This document shows positions 1 to 10,045 of a stretch of 64,000 nucleotides of DNA, in pieces (positions within the stretch are counted from its first letter, which is position 1; each line of letters opens with the position of its first letter). The notes beneath the pieces were generated by a model. That model had not been told where the DNA came from. It did no database searches and saw only the letters and a list, made by a program, of their open reading frames with translations. Source of the stretch: Opitutales bacterium (GTDB lineage Bacteria; Verrucomicrobiota; Verrucomicrobiia; Opitutales; PNEW01); contig CBDANS010000007.1 in assembly GCA_965197745.1 (NCBI GenBank), positions 1,312,001 to 1,376,000 on the forward strand, read 5' to 3'. A program made the position numbers and the translations under genes.

Positions 1-1181
1 AATCTTCACACGGCATGAAGATTGAAGAGCGCCAGAAAAAAAAGTATAAGCCTCAGAAAGGCAGGGAGATGGGAGTTTGTTATGCCACCTCAGAGGACGG
101 TATTGTTTGGAAAAGACCTGATTTAGGCCTGGTTGAATATGAGGGGAGCAGTAAGAACAATATTGTTTACCGCGGCCCTCACGGTTCAGGAGTGATCAAA
201 GATCTCCGTGAAAAAGATGCGGCGAAGCGGTACAAAATATTTACCGCTTCAGGTCAAGCGAAGATGGCAGTGTCCTTTTCACCGGACGGCATTAAGTGGG
301 GCCCGCTATCTCTATGTCCCGAGATCAATCCCTATCGCGTTGACGGCACGCATTACAATACCCTGTGGGTTGATGAGCTCGGTGAGTGGGTGGGTTATAC
401 GCGTATGCGTGACAAGCAGGAAATCGGATCGGATCCAATGAAAAAACGGCATGGAGCCTGGCCGCCCCGCCAGGTTGGAAGAACCACTTCTAAAGATTAC
501 CTCAATTGGACACAAGCGGTCCCGGTTATGGAGGGCTTGGACGAAAACCTGCAGATATACTCGATGCCGGTTTTCCGTCATGGAAACGTATTTCTCGGCC
601 TTCCAGTTATCCACAACCAGAGAAGTGATCGGGCCTGGACCGAACTGGCGTGGAGTGCCGATACCGTTGACTGGCATCGTGTATGCCCCGGTTCTCCTCT
701 GATTTCCAACAGCGATCCTGTCGGCAGCTATGACTGGGGCTGTTCCTATTCATCTGCTTACCCCATTCTTCTCGAAAATGAAATCCGTCTTTACTATGGC
801 GCGAGCAACGGTCTGCATTTTGGATGGCGTGATGGATTTTTCTGCTTGGCGACTCTACGTCCCGATGGTTTTGCCGGTTACGAACAAAAATCCGCTAAGA
901 AGCCGGCCGCGGTCACCTCCACTTCAGTTGAGTGTAGGGGAGGAGAGCTTCAGCTCAGTGCGGATGTTCAGAGCGTGGGGTCGGTGAAAGTGAAGTTATT
1001 CGATAGATCGAATGAGCAACTGCTCGCCGAGGGTGAACCCGTAGAAGAGTCGGTCACGGACGGCGTTGTGAAGTGGCAAAACGGGTTTTCAATAATTTCG
1101 GTCAAAGGTAGACCGGTGCGCGTGCAATTTATTATCAACGCAGCGAAACTCTATTCATTTGGTTTTGACCTTACAGTGTAA
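1..1181 (+). CDS. Beta-propeller glycoside-hydrolase-like protein (GH32/GH43-clan-like), 5' partial
   Basis: Repeated S-x-D-G-x-x-W blades (ATSEDGIVW, FSPDGIKW), IRLYYG, and LATLRPDGF followed by a C-terminal beta-sandwich; the frame is open to the window edge; paralogous to 7448-8995. Confidence 0.6.
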   Translation, partial: SSHGMKIEERQKKKYKPQKGREMGVCYATSEDGIVWKRPDLGLVEYEGSSKNNIVYRGPHGSGVIKDLREKDAAKRYKIFTASGQAKMAVSFSPDGIKWGPLSLCPEINPYRVDGTHYNTLWVDELGEWVGYTRMRDKQEIGSDPMKKRHGAWPPRQVGRTTSKDYLNWTQAVPVMEGLDENLQIYSMPVFRHGNVFLGLPVIHNQRSDRAWTELAWSADTVDWHRVCPGSPLISNSDPVGSYDWGCSYSSAYPILLENEIRLYYGASNGLHFGWRDGFFCLATLRPDGFAGYEQKSAKKPAAVTSTSVECRGGELQLSADVQSVGSVKVKLFDRSNEQLLAEGEPVEESVTDGVVKWQNGFSIISVKGRPVRVQFIINAAKLYSFGFDLTV

Positions 1182-1282
1182 AAAAATAATTGATTCTGGA
1201 TGTATGATCTCTGATGGCGCGATGGAAATTTTTTTTGATCAAGAAGTGTGAATGACATGGTTGTCAGCGCAATAAATTTAAA

Positions 1283-2665
1283 ATGGATCGTCCCAATATA
1301 ATATTCATATTCAGCGACCAGCAGCGATACAGGGCCATGGGCTGTAATGGTAACAGCGTAATTAAAACGCCACATCTCGACGCGCTTGCGGATAAGGGGA
1401 TAGTTTTGGATAATGCATTTTCCTCATGCCCCCTTTGCGCTCCCTATCGCGGCCAGTTAATGACCGGAAAATACTCCCATGCCAATGGGTGTATCGATAA
1501 TGAATACGAATTATTTCAAAACCAGGAAACACTTCCCATAGTTTTGGGGCGTGCCGGTTACCATACCGCTTACGTTGGAAAATGGCACCTGGGATATGGG
1601 CCCTATCCGCAAAGTAAAAGACATGGTTTTGATTACATGGCCGCAAACAATTGTGATCACAGACACAATGAAATTACCTACTATGAAAATGAATCAGGTC
1701 CGATTCTGATAGAAACCTGGGGGCCAATTGGGGAAACAGATCTGGCCTTAAAATTCATTGAGGATCATCAGAATAATTCAAGCAAAAACCCTTTCTGTCT
1801 CGTGCTCTCTTGGGGTCCGCCGCATTGGAGCGGCGGTGGCTATGATGAATATCCAGAGCAATTTGATATTTATAACCCTGAGAACGTTGACCTGCCGCCC
1901 AATGTTCCCGTGCAGATGGAAGCATTCGCGAGGAAAGAGATCGCGCATTACTATGGCAATATTACCGGACTTGACCACGAAGTGGGCAGGATAGGGGATT
2001 TTTTAAAAGAGAATGGCTTAGAGGAAAATACCATACTCTGTTTTAGCTCTGACCATGGAGATCATCTCAGCAGCCATGGCTACGGGAAACCGAGAGACAT
2101 GTGGCTCCACCCTTCAAAACGAGCGTCAAAGGCGACGCCCTTCGAGGAGTCTATTCACATTCCTTTTATTTTGCGCTATCCGGCGAAAGTAGGACCGGGT
2201 CAGCGATCACAGACCTTTTTCAGCAGTGTCGATATCATGCCCACGCTACTTGGCCTTGCCGGAGTTGCGCTGCCAGACGGAATACAGGGAACCGATCTTT
2301 CTCACACTGTGCTCGGTGAAGAAGGTTCGGAACCGGATTCGGTATATTTACAGATCCTGGGACCCGGATGGCCCCATCGAGGTGATTGGGTCGGGTTTTG
2401 GCGTGGGTTGCGCAACCAGCGCTGGGTCTACGCGCGGTGGTTGGGAAGTGAGGCTATATGGCTCTTTGATCGGGAAAACGATCCTTATGAATTGAAAAAT
2501 CTGGCCGGCGACCCGGAATACGCTGAGATACAGAAGCAGTTGGAGCAGCGCCTGCAACAGTGGATGAGAGAAACGGATGATCCATTTGAAATCGGTGGCC
2601 GCGATCCGGATACGGGAATACTTCAATTGGGGCAGTGCTTCACTCATGATAAGTACAAATACTAA
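1283..2665 (+). CDS. Formylglycine-dependent sulfatase
   Basis: PNIIFIFSDQQR, CxPxR motif (CAPYR), GKWHLG, SDHG and C-terminal DPYELKNLA. Confidence 0.93.
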   Translation: MDRPNIIFIFSDQQRYRAMGCNGNSVIKTPHLDALADKGIVLDNAFSSCPLCAPYRGQLMTGKYSHANGCIDNEYELFQNQETLPIVLGRAGYHTAYVGKWHLGYGPYPQSKRHGFDYMAANNCDHRHNEITYYENESGPILIETWGPIGETDLALKFIEDHQNNSSKNPFCLVLSWGPPHWSGGGYDEYPEQFDIYNPENVDLPPNVPVQMEAFARKEIAHYYGNITGLDHEVGRIGDFLKENGLEENTILCFSSDHGDHLSSHGYGKPRDMWLHPSKRASKATPFEESIHIPFILRYPAKVGPGQRSQTFFSSVDIMPTLLGLAGVALPDGIQGTDLSHTVLGEEGSEPDSVYLQILGPGWPHRGDWVGFWRGLRNQRWVYARWLGSEAIWLFDRENDPYELKNLAGDPEYAEIQKQLEQRLQQWMRETDDPFEIGGRDPDTGILQLGQCFTHDKYKY

Positions 2666-2691
2666 ACAGGCAGTGCTGACATACCATTACC

Positions 2692-2730
2692 GCGAATTTC
2701 TATTCATTTGGCTTTGACCTCACTGATTAA
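2692..2730 (+). pseudogene. 3'-terminal remnant of a paralog of the 1-1181 gene
   Basis: Reads ANFYSFGFDLTD*, versus AKLYSFGFDLTV* at 1143-1181; 32/39 nt identical by manual alignment. Confidence 0.75.
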
Positions 2731-2751
2731 ATCTTAAAATAAATTAAACAC

Positions 2752-3663
2752 ATGATGCTTAACCAGGAAGAAATGGACCGCTATGACCGGGATGGTTATC
2801 TGGTTTTACGTAATGTCCTTGACCGTGCAGTGCTCGAACCCTTGCGCCAGTCGATCAACGATTTTGTCGAAGAACAAATCATGGAGTTGCATGCGGTTGG
2901 AAAAATAAGCGACCCACACAGTGATGCTCCTTTTGAGACGCGCTGGGCGATAGTATGCCGGGAGAATTCGCTGCAGGAGGGCGAAAACAGCGTTCAACAA
3001 TGGGGAGCTGGTAGCGGCCTTCTCAACGAGACTATCTACTCCCTGCTAGTCGAGCGACGACTGACCGACATCATTGCTTCAATCCTCGGTCCTGAAGTCT
3101 GGGCACATGGTGACTACTGGATCCGACCCAAGGTTCCCACTGACCCGATTACCACGCTCGCGTGGCATCAGGACAGCAACTATTACCTCGGCAAGGGGGA
3201 CAGTGACGACTATGAAGGTGATATAACAGCGACTCAGGGGAAAGTGCTTACGGCTTGGGTCCCGTTTGTCGACGTCAATGAGCACAACGGTTGTCTCAAG
3301 CTCGTTCGCGGCAGTCATCGCCATGGATCCGTTGCAGCCCGAAGAAACGCGCTGAAGCAATGGACCCCCATTAAAAACATTACGGAATATGGGACCGTGG
3401 CCAGCGAAGCGATGAAAGTCGGTGATATACTCATATTTAACAATTTGACTCTGCACGCGTCGGGTAACAATGACTCCGGCCATATCCGCTGGAACATTGA
3501 TTTACGTTATTCGACGACTGGCCAAGCCGTTGATTGGCATAAATTGGGAGATGAACTGGATGCAAGATTTCCAGGTTTCGTTGCTCGCAGCGACGACCCC
3601 GCAAAAGTCATGGGTTGGGAACAATGGCAAGACAAGTGGAACATCAGGCTTGCTGCTAAGTAA
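2752..3663 (+). CDS. Phytanoyl-CoA dioxygenase (PhyH) family Fe/2OG dioxygenase
   Basis: YDRDGYLVLRNV, WHQD, NGCLKLVRGSH, distal His in TLHAS, R..IDLRY. Confidence 0.92.
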   Translation: MMLNQEEMDRYDRDGYLVLRNVLDRAVLEPLRQSINDFVEEQIMELHAVGKISDPHSDAPFETRWAIVCRENSLQEGENSVQQWGAGSGLLNETIYSLLVERRLTDIIASILGPEVWAHGDYWIRPKVPTDPITTLAWHQDSNYYLGKGDSDDYEGDITATQGKVLTAWVPFVDVNEHNGCLKLVRGSHRHGSVAARRNALKQWTPIKNITEYGTVASEAMKVGDILIFNNLTLHASGNNDSGHIRWNIDLRYSTTGQAVDWHKLGDELDARFPGFVARSDDPAKVMGWEQWQDKWNIRLAAK

Positions 3664-3670
3664 TTGTTTT

Positions 3671-4516
3671 ATGTCAGACAAATCGCGCTGGAGGCTTCGC
3701 ATCGAAAACAATTGCCTCTTTGTCGATGACGTATCAAACGGCAAGGTGACGCTGCAGCACAATGCGCGTCCCGGTCTTCGACCTTACATTCACCCGCTGC
3801 GTATGCGGGGAGGTGGCGCCTGTTTGACCGAGGACAGCCCGGGGCACCATCCCTGGCAGCATGGCATCCAGACCGGTTTTCACGGTGTCAACGGCTGTGA
3901 CTTCTGGTTCGATCCCGGACAGCGACCCGAAGAGGTGACCGGTACGATTGAACCCAACGCACCTCTGGTCACGAGCGCGGAACCGCCATCTTGGAATATC
4001 GAAGCGATATGGCGGCATGCGGATGGCAGTGACCTCCTGGCAGAGCGGCAGAGTTGGTCCCTGCTCGAGGGTGACGCACTACTGATTTTAGATCTGGACT
4101 GGACGCTTCAAGCTATCCCCGACGTAGAAATTGAACAACACGCCTACGGAGGCCTCTTTATCCGGATGCCATTCCAGCAGAGCAGCGGGGGTGATGTTAT
4201 CAACGCTGTCGGCCTGTGAGACGACGATACTGAACAGCAGGCAGCAGCCTGGGTCGACCTGCACATGCCTCTAGAGAATAGCGAGAATGGCGCCGGCATC
4301 ACGGTCTGTGATCATCCCGAGAATCCCAATCACCCCGCGCACTGGCGCGTGGACTTTCAGCGTGGGATCAACCCTGCACCCTGCATCCCGGGCGCCATCG
4401 AGCTGCCAGCCGGAGCTGCGTTGCAGCTCCGCTACCGTCTGATCCTGCACAACGAGCTACTTTCACCTGAACATATAAACAAACTATGGACTACCTATGC
4501 GGCTATCAGGTTTTAA
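3671..4516 (+). pseudogene. DUF6807/PmoA-like family protein interrupted by an in-frame TGA (4217-4219)
   Basis: RPYIHPL...HPWQHG...DFW, YGGLFIRM, then DHPENPNHPAHWRV; ORFs 3470-4219 and 4265-4516 share one frame separated by a single TGA. Confidence 0.75.
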
Positions 4517-4668
4517 GTTTTATGTGTTAGGTTTTAAGTTTTATGTGTTAGGTTTTAGGTTGGGAAGTTTCCGTTTTGGAAGATGTCGTTCGGCGAATGC
4601 GGAACTCGGAACCGGCTTTTCGAGCCTCTCTTCCTTTTTGACATTTTGACCTTTTGACCTTTTGACTT
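4510..4668. repeat. Heptamer tandem array GT(T/G)TTA(A/T/G) x7 (4510-4558) followed by an octamer array TTTTGAC(A/C/T) x4 (about 4636-4668)
   Basis: Read directly from the sequence; the same heptamer family recurs at 54644-54678. Confidence 0.85.
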
Positions 4669-4689
4669 TCCTGAAAGGAAAATAATACC

Positions 4690-5712
4690 ATGAGATCTGT
4701 TATCTGTGTTAACGAACGATTTGATGCCATATGGCCTTTCGCTGCTGATTACTGGAACGAGCGCTGGCAGGAGAATGGAGGTTGCGAATTTTATCGCACT
4801 GAAGATCCGGATGCGCGCGCACCTCAACTCGTGTCGGACCCCGCTTCAGTGCAGCGATTAGTGCTTCTCGGTCTTTCTTCGGATCCCGAGGATCTCGATC
4901 CTTTTGCCGCACTCAAGGAGTGTTACCATGAATCCCAATCCTACCCTGAATCCCAATTTAAATTATCTGCCAGGGGAATTAAAGAGGCAACTGCTCGCGG
5001 GGTGAGCTTTATTCCCCATCGGGTCGATGTTTATTGGGGACAATCGGTCTCCGAATTTGCCCTCGCATTGACCCTCTGCGCGCTTCGCCGGATACCCCAG
5101 ACTTACGCGGCGATGAAAGAAAGTCTTGAACCCTGGGACTACATGCCGGCGGTGGGAAAACCAGGGCAGCGCGGCGCACAATTTGGAGATGACATCCGGT
5201 TTACCAATGGGACACTTGCTGGAAAACGTGTGCGCGTAGTTGGTGCGGGAAACATCGGAGCACGTTATTCATCCTTTTGCACGGCGCTGGGTGCCCAAGT
5301 GGCAATATGGGATCCATTCGCGCCCGATGCCTCTTTCGTTGTCTCCGGTGCCGAACGCTGCTTCCATTTATCCGAGTTGGTGAAAGACTCAGAAATCTTT
5401 GTGACTATGGTTCCGCTCAAAGATGATACTCGCGGGTTGGTCACCGCCGAGTTGATTGATGCGTTGCCCCACGGGAGTCTGGTTGTGCAGGCAACACGGG
5501 CTGCGGTCTGCGATACCGACGCGCTCTATCGACGTGTTTTGAACAATGAGCTTTCTCTTGCTGCCGATGTTTTTAAACCCGAACCCGTGGCTCTCGATTC
5601 CCCTTTGCTCGGTCGGGACAACGTGGTGCACACACCGCATAATGCCGGGCGAACAATCGATGCGAATCATGCCTGGGTGGACGACTTAATCTCACGATTC
5701 AGACCCCGTTAA
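4690..5712 (+). CDS. D-isomer-specific 2-hydroxyacid dehydrogenase family protein
   Basis: SVSEFALAL, Rossmann VVGAGNIG, TRA, ADVFKPEP, TPHNAG. Confidence 0.88.
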   Translation: MRSVICVNERFDAIWPFAADYWNERWQENGGCEFYRTEDPDARAPQLVSDPASVQRLVLLGLSSDPEDLDPFAALKECYHESQSYPESQFKLSARGIKEATARGVSFIPHRVDVYWGQSVSEFALALTLCALRRIPQTYAAMKESLEPWDYMPAVGKPGQRGAQFGDDIRFTNGTLAGKRVRVVGAGNIGARYSSFCTALGAQVAIWDPFAPDASFVVSGAERCFHLSELVKDSEIFVTMVPLKDDTRGLVTAELIDALPHGSLVVQATRAAVCDTDALYRRVLNNELSLAADVFKPEPVALDSPLLGRDNVVHTPHNAGRTIDANHAWVDDLISRFRPR

Positions 5713-5728
5713 TGAGAGGAAATTGATT

Positions 5729-6583
5729 ATGTCAATTTTAAGTCCTGAGGAAGCATTGTGCAAACGTGATGAACTGGTAGACCTGGGGTTCACCATAGTG
5801 CCGGGTATGATGCCTGAAGCTTTGCTCAAAGAATTAAGCGACTGGTCAGATGTTCATTTACCGAAGATTAAGATTGATGATAGGATTCGCTATCAGGGTA
5901 GCGATATTTTTGTATTTACAGAGCGCCATTGGGAAAAAACAAATGGTAAACCCATGAAGGGTGATCATCCTCACTTCAAAGATCCGATTGCCGAAAAGGT
6001 GATTGATATGCCCTCCCAACTGGAAGTCTGCAATCAGCTTGGCTTGGAAGATCTTAAATCCGACGATTCTCTCATTATTTTATCCAAGCCCGGTCATGGC
6101 CCGCCGCTTTATTGGCATCAGGATTTTATGAACTGGAATAGCGCGGAAGCGGCCACCCCCTGGCCCACGAAAATATTTTTATCCTATTACCTCACGGATA
6201 CGAATCGGGAAAATGGATGCCTGCGGGTTATTCCCGGCAGTCATCGCAAGCGACATCAATTACACGACATTTTACCCGATGCCCATGATGCCGAACTCCA
6301 GGCTATCGATGATCTCTCCCATCCTGCCTTTGCCAACTATCCCGATTCCATCGATGTACCGCTGAAGGCGGGAGATCTTATTATCGCTGACGCGCGTCTC
6401 ATGCACTCTGCTTGGGCTAATCAAACTTCAGAGCGCCGAACTTTGCTCTTGGCCTGGCACGATGTTTTTCGCTTTCCCAAACCCCCAAGTTGGTGGACGC
6501 GCGCTGTCTCGGATAGTGTAAAAAACGCTGATCCCAACGCCCAGTATGAGCGCTCCCGAACGCCGACTCACTATATTGAATAA
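5729..6583 (+). CDS. PhyH family dioxygenase
   Basis: YWHQD, NGCLRVIPGSH, LMHSA. Confidence 0.92.
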   Translation: MSILSPEEALCKRDELVDLGFTIVPGMMPEALLKELSDWSDVHLPKIKIDDRIRYQGSDIFVFTERHWEKTNGKPMKGDHPHFKDPIAEKVIDMPSQLEVCNQLGLEDLKSDDSLIILSKPGHGPPLYWHQDFMNWNSAEAATPWPTKIFLSYYLTDTNRENGCLRVIPGSHRKRHQLHDILPDAHDAELQAIDDLSHPAFANYPDSIDVPLKAGDLIIADARLMHSAWANQTSERRTLLLAWHDVFRFPKPPSWWTRAVSDSVKNADPNAQYERSRTPTHYIE

Positions 6584-6616
6584 TGTATACTCCCGAAATA
6601 CTTCGAAGTTAAGCCC

Positions 6617-7411
6617 ATGTCGAAAGCAGGATTACGCCAATTAACTGAAGATCAGTTGTTTTCATTTATTATAAACGGCTTTCTTATCGTCGAGGATGTC
6701 CTATCGAAGGACGAAGTTAATGTGCTGTCAGAACGATGCGATATGATTGCCGCCGGTGAAGCAGATCATATCCCCGAAACCAGTCTTCAGCTTGAGCCGG
6801 TATTTCGCGAGGGTGAAAAGCCAGTTGAAAATCAAGTTCTCTCAACACGTAAATTGTTCAACATAGCAGTTTACGACCCAGTGATGTGGCAACATGTAGT
6901 GCATCCTAAAATTGTCGCCATTATTTCTGATCTGCTGAGCAGTGATGATATAAAATTGTACGGGGATCAATTATTTATGAAACCGCCGGAAGTGGGAACC
7001 GAAGTGCCCTGGCACCAGGATTCGGCATCGTGGCGCGATATTTTCCCCATGGAGTTGGTCAGTGCCTGGACCGCTATTGATGAAGCGACCGAAGAAAACG
7101 GCTGTCTCAGTTATATACCGGGCACACATCGCTGGGGAATGATGCATAAGGATAAAGTGAAATGGTTTTCATCGGATTTTGGCAGTGATCAATGGCCCGT
7201 CATCGCAGCAACCCTGAAACCGGGTAGTATTAGTTTTCACCATAGTTTAACGCTTCATCACACCAGTGCTAATCTCTCGGGCAAACGACGGCGTGGGTAC
7301 TCGGTTCATTATATGCGCGCCACCTCGAGAAAGGATGAAACGGTCACCGACGCGCCGAAGATGCCGCCGTTTAAGCAGGTGTGTGGCCGATCTTTCGAAG
7401 ATTGCGTGTAA
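6617..7411 (+). CDS. PhyH family dioxygenase
   Basis: FMKPP, WHQD, NGCLSYIPGTH, TLHHT..N.S...RRG...HY. Confidence 0.93.
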   Translation: MSKAGLRQLTEDQLFSFIINGFLIVEDVLSKDEVNVLSERCDMIAAGEADHIPETSLQLEPVFREGEKPVENQVLSTRKLFNIAVYDPVMWQHVVHPKIVAIISDLLSSDDIKLYGDQLFMKPPEVGTEVPWHQDSASWRDIFPMELVSAWTAIDEATEENGCLSYIPGTHRWGMMHKDKVKWFSSDFGSDQWPVIAATLKPGSISFHHSLTLHHTSANLSGKRRRGYSVHYMRATSRKDETVTDAPKMPPFKQVCGRSFEDCV

Positions 7412-7447
7412 TGGGTTGTTCTATTTAGCAGACAAATGAATAACTGA

Positions 7448-8995
7448 GTGAACAGTTCTCATAAGTTCTATGTTGACGAGAGTGTCTTGCTCCTTGATGA
7501 GACATTGATCGAGGAGGAGAGCGGTATCAAAAGGGAAGTCCAGCCGGGACGGACGATTCCTTTTATCATGGAACCTGACAAAGATAAAGCCTGGGAGTAT
7601 TGCGGTCCGGGGATGAGCAAGCGAATCCACCTTTACGGCACAACACTTTACGACGACCTGGTGGGAAAATACCGGATGTGGTACTTCGGTCGTATGGGCC
7701 CTCACTGGCGCGCGCCCGCTTGCAACTATCAGATACCTGAACTCTTTGTTCCCCGCACCGACGAAAAACCCTATAACTGCAACGGGGTGACAGAGGACAA
7801 GTACGGGAGATCCTTTGTCGACAACGACCGGGGCGATCTGACCTTGTATGCCGAGAGTGATGATGGCATCAACTGGGTAAAACCCAAACTGGGTATCTTC
7901 ACTTTCAATGGAAACGCAGACAATAATATCATTTGGGATTTTCACGGCGCTTCGGTGTTTATTGACCGGAAGGAAAAGGACCCTGACAAAAGGTACAAAG
8001 CGATCGGTTTTTGCCGGCGCTACCGCAATATATTTTTGATCACTTCTCCCGATGGTATTCATTGGGATGACAAGGAAAATGTCGAACCCGTGTCACGGCG
8101 CGGCAATGAGGGGTCCTTCAATGTGATCTATGATTCGAGGGGTCATGTCTTCCGGGCCTATTCGATCGTGCGGTTTAATGATAAAGATAAAAGAAGGGTG
8201 ATCTGTTACACCGAGAGTCCTTCCCTGGAAGGTCCCTGGAAGGAGCCGCAACCGATGCTCGAACCGAACAGCTGGGACGATGAAATCGCGCGCAGGAATT
8301 ACAAGGCTCTGCGCGCTGAGTTTCACAACATGTCTGCCTTTCTCTACAATAATATTTATTTTGGATTACTGGGTGTTCTGTATGTGACCGCAGAGCAGAT
8401 ACCCAACGAGGAAAACCAGATGCCCTGTGACGGTCCCATTGATTCGCAGATAGTCTACAGCCGCGACGGCATCAGTTGGGAGCGCGCCGATAGAAATGGG
8501 ACGGCGGCAATACCTCGAGGTGGCGAAGATGCATTTGACCAGGGGATGATCCTCGGAGTAGCCAAAGAGCCGATTAGCGAGGGAGACGAGATTCACTGGT
8601 ATTACACCGGCTGTGAGCACACGCATGGCGAAGCCAACATGGAAAAGCGCGTTAAAAGGTTGGGGCGCGCGACCTGGCAGAGAGATCGATTTGTCGCGTT
8701 GTGTGCAAAAGAAGACGGTATGATTGCGACCAAGACTTTGTTCCCCCCAGAGGGTACCAATAGTCTGGAGGTAAACGCCGATGCCTCAGGCGGTCAATTG
8801 TCAGTTGAACTTTGCGACGCGGAGGGTAGGGTCTTGGACGACTTTTCAAAGGATGATTGTGTGCCGTTGAACAGCGATGAGTTGCGATGGCTGCTTAAAT
8901 GGAATAAAGGTGATCTTGCGGCTGTCAAAGGCGCGGTGAAATTACGGTTTATCCTCAATGGAGCAAAAGTTTACAGTTTTACATTCTGTAAATAG
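7448..8995 (+). CDS. Beta-propeller glycoside-hydrolase-like protein
   Basis: AESDDGINW, TSPDGIHW and SRDGISW blades; KYRMWY; RDRF plus an LEVNADA C-terminal domain; paralog of 1-1181. Confidence 0.6.
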   Translation: MNSSHKFYVDESVLLLDETLIEEESGIKREVQPGRTIPFIMEPDKDKAWEYCGPGMSKRIHLYGTTLYDDLVGKYRMWYFGRMGPHWRAPACNYQIPELFVPRTDEKPYNCNGVTEDKYGRSFVDNDRGDLTLYAESDDGINWVKPKLGIFTFNGNADNNIIWDFHGASVFIDRKEKDPDKRYKAIGFCRRYRNIFLITSPDGIHWDDKENVEPVSRRGNEGSFNVIYDSRGHVFRAYSIVRFNDKDKRRVICYTESPSLEGPWKEPQPMLEPNSWDDEIARRNYKALRAEFHNMSAFLYNNIYFGLLGVLYVTAEQIPNEENQMPCDGPIDSQIVYSRDGISWERADRNGTAAIPRGGEDAFDQGMILGVAKEPISEGDEIHWYYTGCEHTHGEANMEKRVKRLGRATWQRDRFVALCAKEDGMIATKTLFPPEGTNSLEVNADASGGQLSVELCDAEGRVLDDFSKDDCVPLNSDELRWLLKWNKGDLAAVKGAVKLRFILNGAKVYSFTFCK

Positions 8996-9064
8996 AAAAT
9001 AGAAAATGAAGGGAGACTCAGAAACCGTGCGCAGAGATATACATTTCGGTATCCGATATATTAA

Positions 9065-9979
9065 GTGGACATCATGGCACCACTAAACCAATCACAAGTA
9101 GACGCCTACCGGGACCAGGGCTTTCTAATTATGCGGCAGTGTATTAATCCTGATGATTTGTCATCCGCTCGCGTGCTAATTGACGAGCTCGTGGACAGGC
9201 ACGCTAGCGAACTCTACCGCGCAGGAAAAATTTCCTCCCTACATGAAGGAGAGTCGTTTGAGCGTCGCATGGTTGTCATTAATGAGGAAGCTGGGTTCAA
9301 AACTAGAAATTGGGATGTAACAGAGGTGTCCGATTCCCCGGAACTGTACCCTCTCATCCTTCACCCGGTGATCCTTGACACAGTCGAGTCACTGCTTGGA
9401 TCCGAAATTGCATGGACGGGTAGCTATGCCGCCAGACCAAAGATACCACAACATGAGTTGACTGCTTTCCCATGGCATCAGGATAGCCAATATTACGGCG
9501 CGCCGACTCAACAACTGCATGTGGTGAGTGTATGGATACCGCTGGTTGATGCGGATGAGCACAATGGTTGTCTTTACCTCATACCGGGCAGCCATAAATG
9601 GGGTTTACTCAATGGCGAACGCGGTGCGGATAGGAATATACGCACTTTCGAGGATGTGGAAAAAAAGGGGGAGCCGATAGCTTTGCCTATGAGAGTGGGT
9701 GATATTCTCTTCTTTACCAATCTAACTTGCCATACGAGCAAGCTCAATTCCTCTGACAAGGTGCGTTGGAGTGTGGACTTGCGTTATATCGTGCCTCCCG
9801 AGGCAGAAGCGCTGACCGAACACGAGCAGAAAGGTTATGACACGCTCAATGATCACTATATGATGTCAACCATCACCGTTCGCAGTCGTCAGCGGGAGAA
9901 GATCGCGAGCATACAGCAACTGAAGGAATACGTTACCCGGCGCATTGAGCTGTTGACAGAATCCAGGAGAAAATCATGA
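9065..9979 (+). CDS. PhyH family dioxygenase
   Basis: YRDQGFLI, WHQD, NGCLYLIPGSH, TCHTS, RWSVDLRY. Confidence 0.92.
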   Translation: MDIMAPLNQSQVDAYRDQGFLIMRQCINPDDLSSARVLIDELVDRHASELYRAGKISSLHEGESFERRMVVINEEAGFKTRNWDVTEVSDSPELYPLILHPVILDTVESLLGSEIAWTGSYAARPKIPQHELTAFPWHQDSQYYGAPTQQLHVVSVWIPLVDADEHNGCLYLIPGSHKWGLLNGERGADRNIRTFEDVEKKGEPIALPMRVGDILFFTNLTCHTSKLNSSDKVRWSVDLRYIVPPEAEALTEHEQKGYDTLNDHYMMSTITVRSRQREKIASIQQLKEYVTRRIELLTESRRKS

Positions 9980-10045
9980 AACGGGTGTCGAGTGTCCGTG
10001 AGATGTAATAAAGCGGGCCCTCAGGTAGGAAATACTACTTATTAA

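Noticed and set aside
4217..4265. Selenocysteine codon
   Set aside because: No redox-motif context and no convincing SECIS hairpin; CGA-to-TGA is the simpler explanation.
3671..4516. Particulate methane monooxygenase subunit
   Set aside because: The protein is soluble with no TM helices and there is no pmoB or pmoC; the 'PmoA' family label does not imply methanotrophy.
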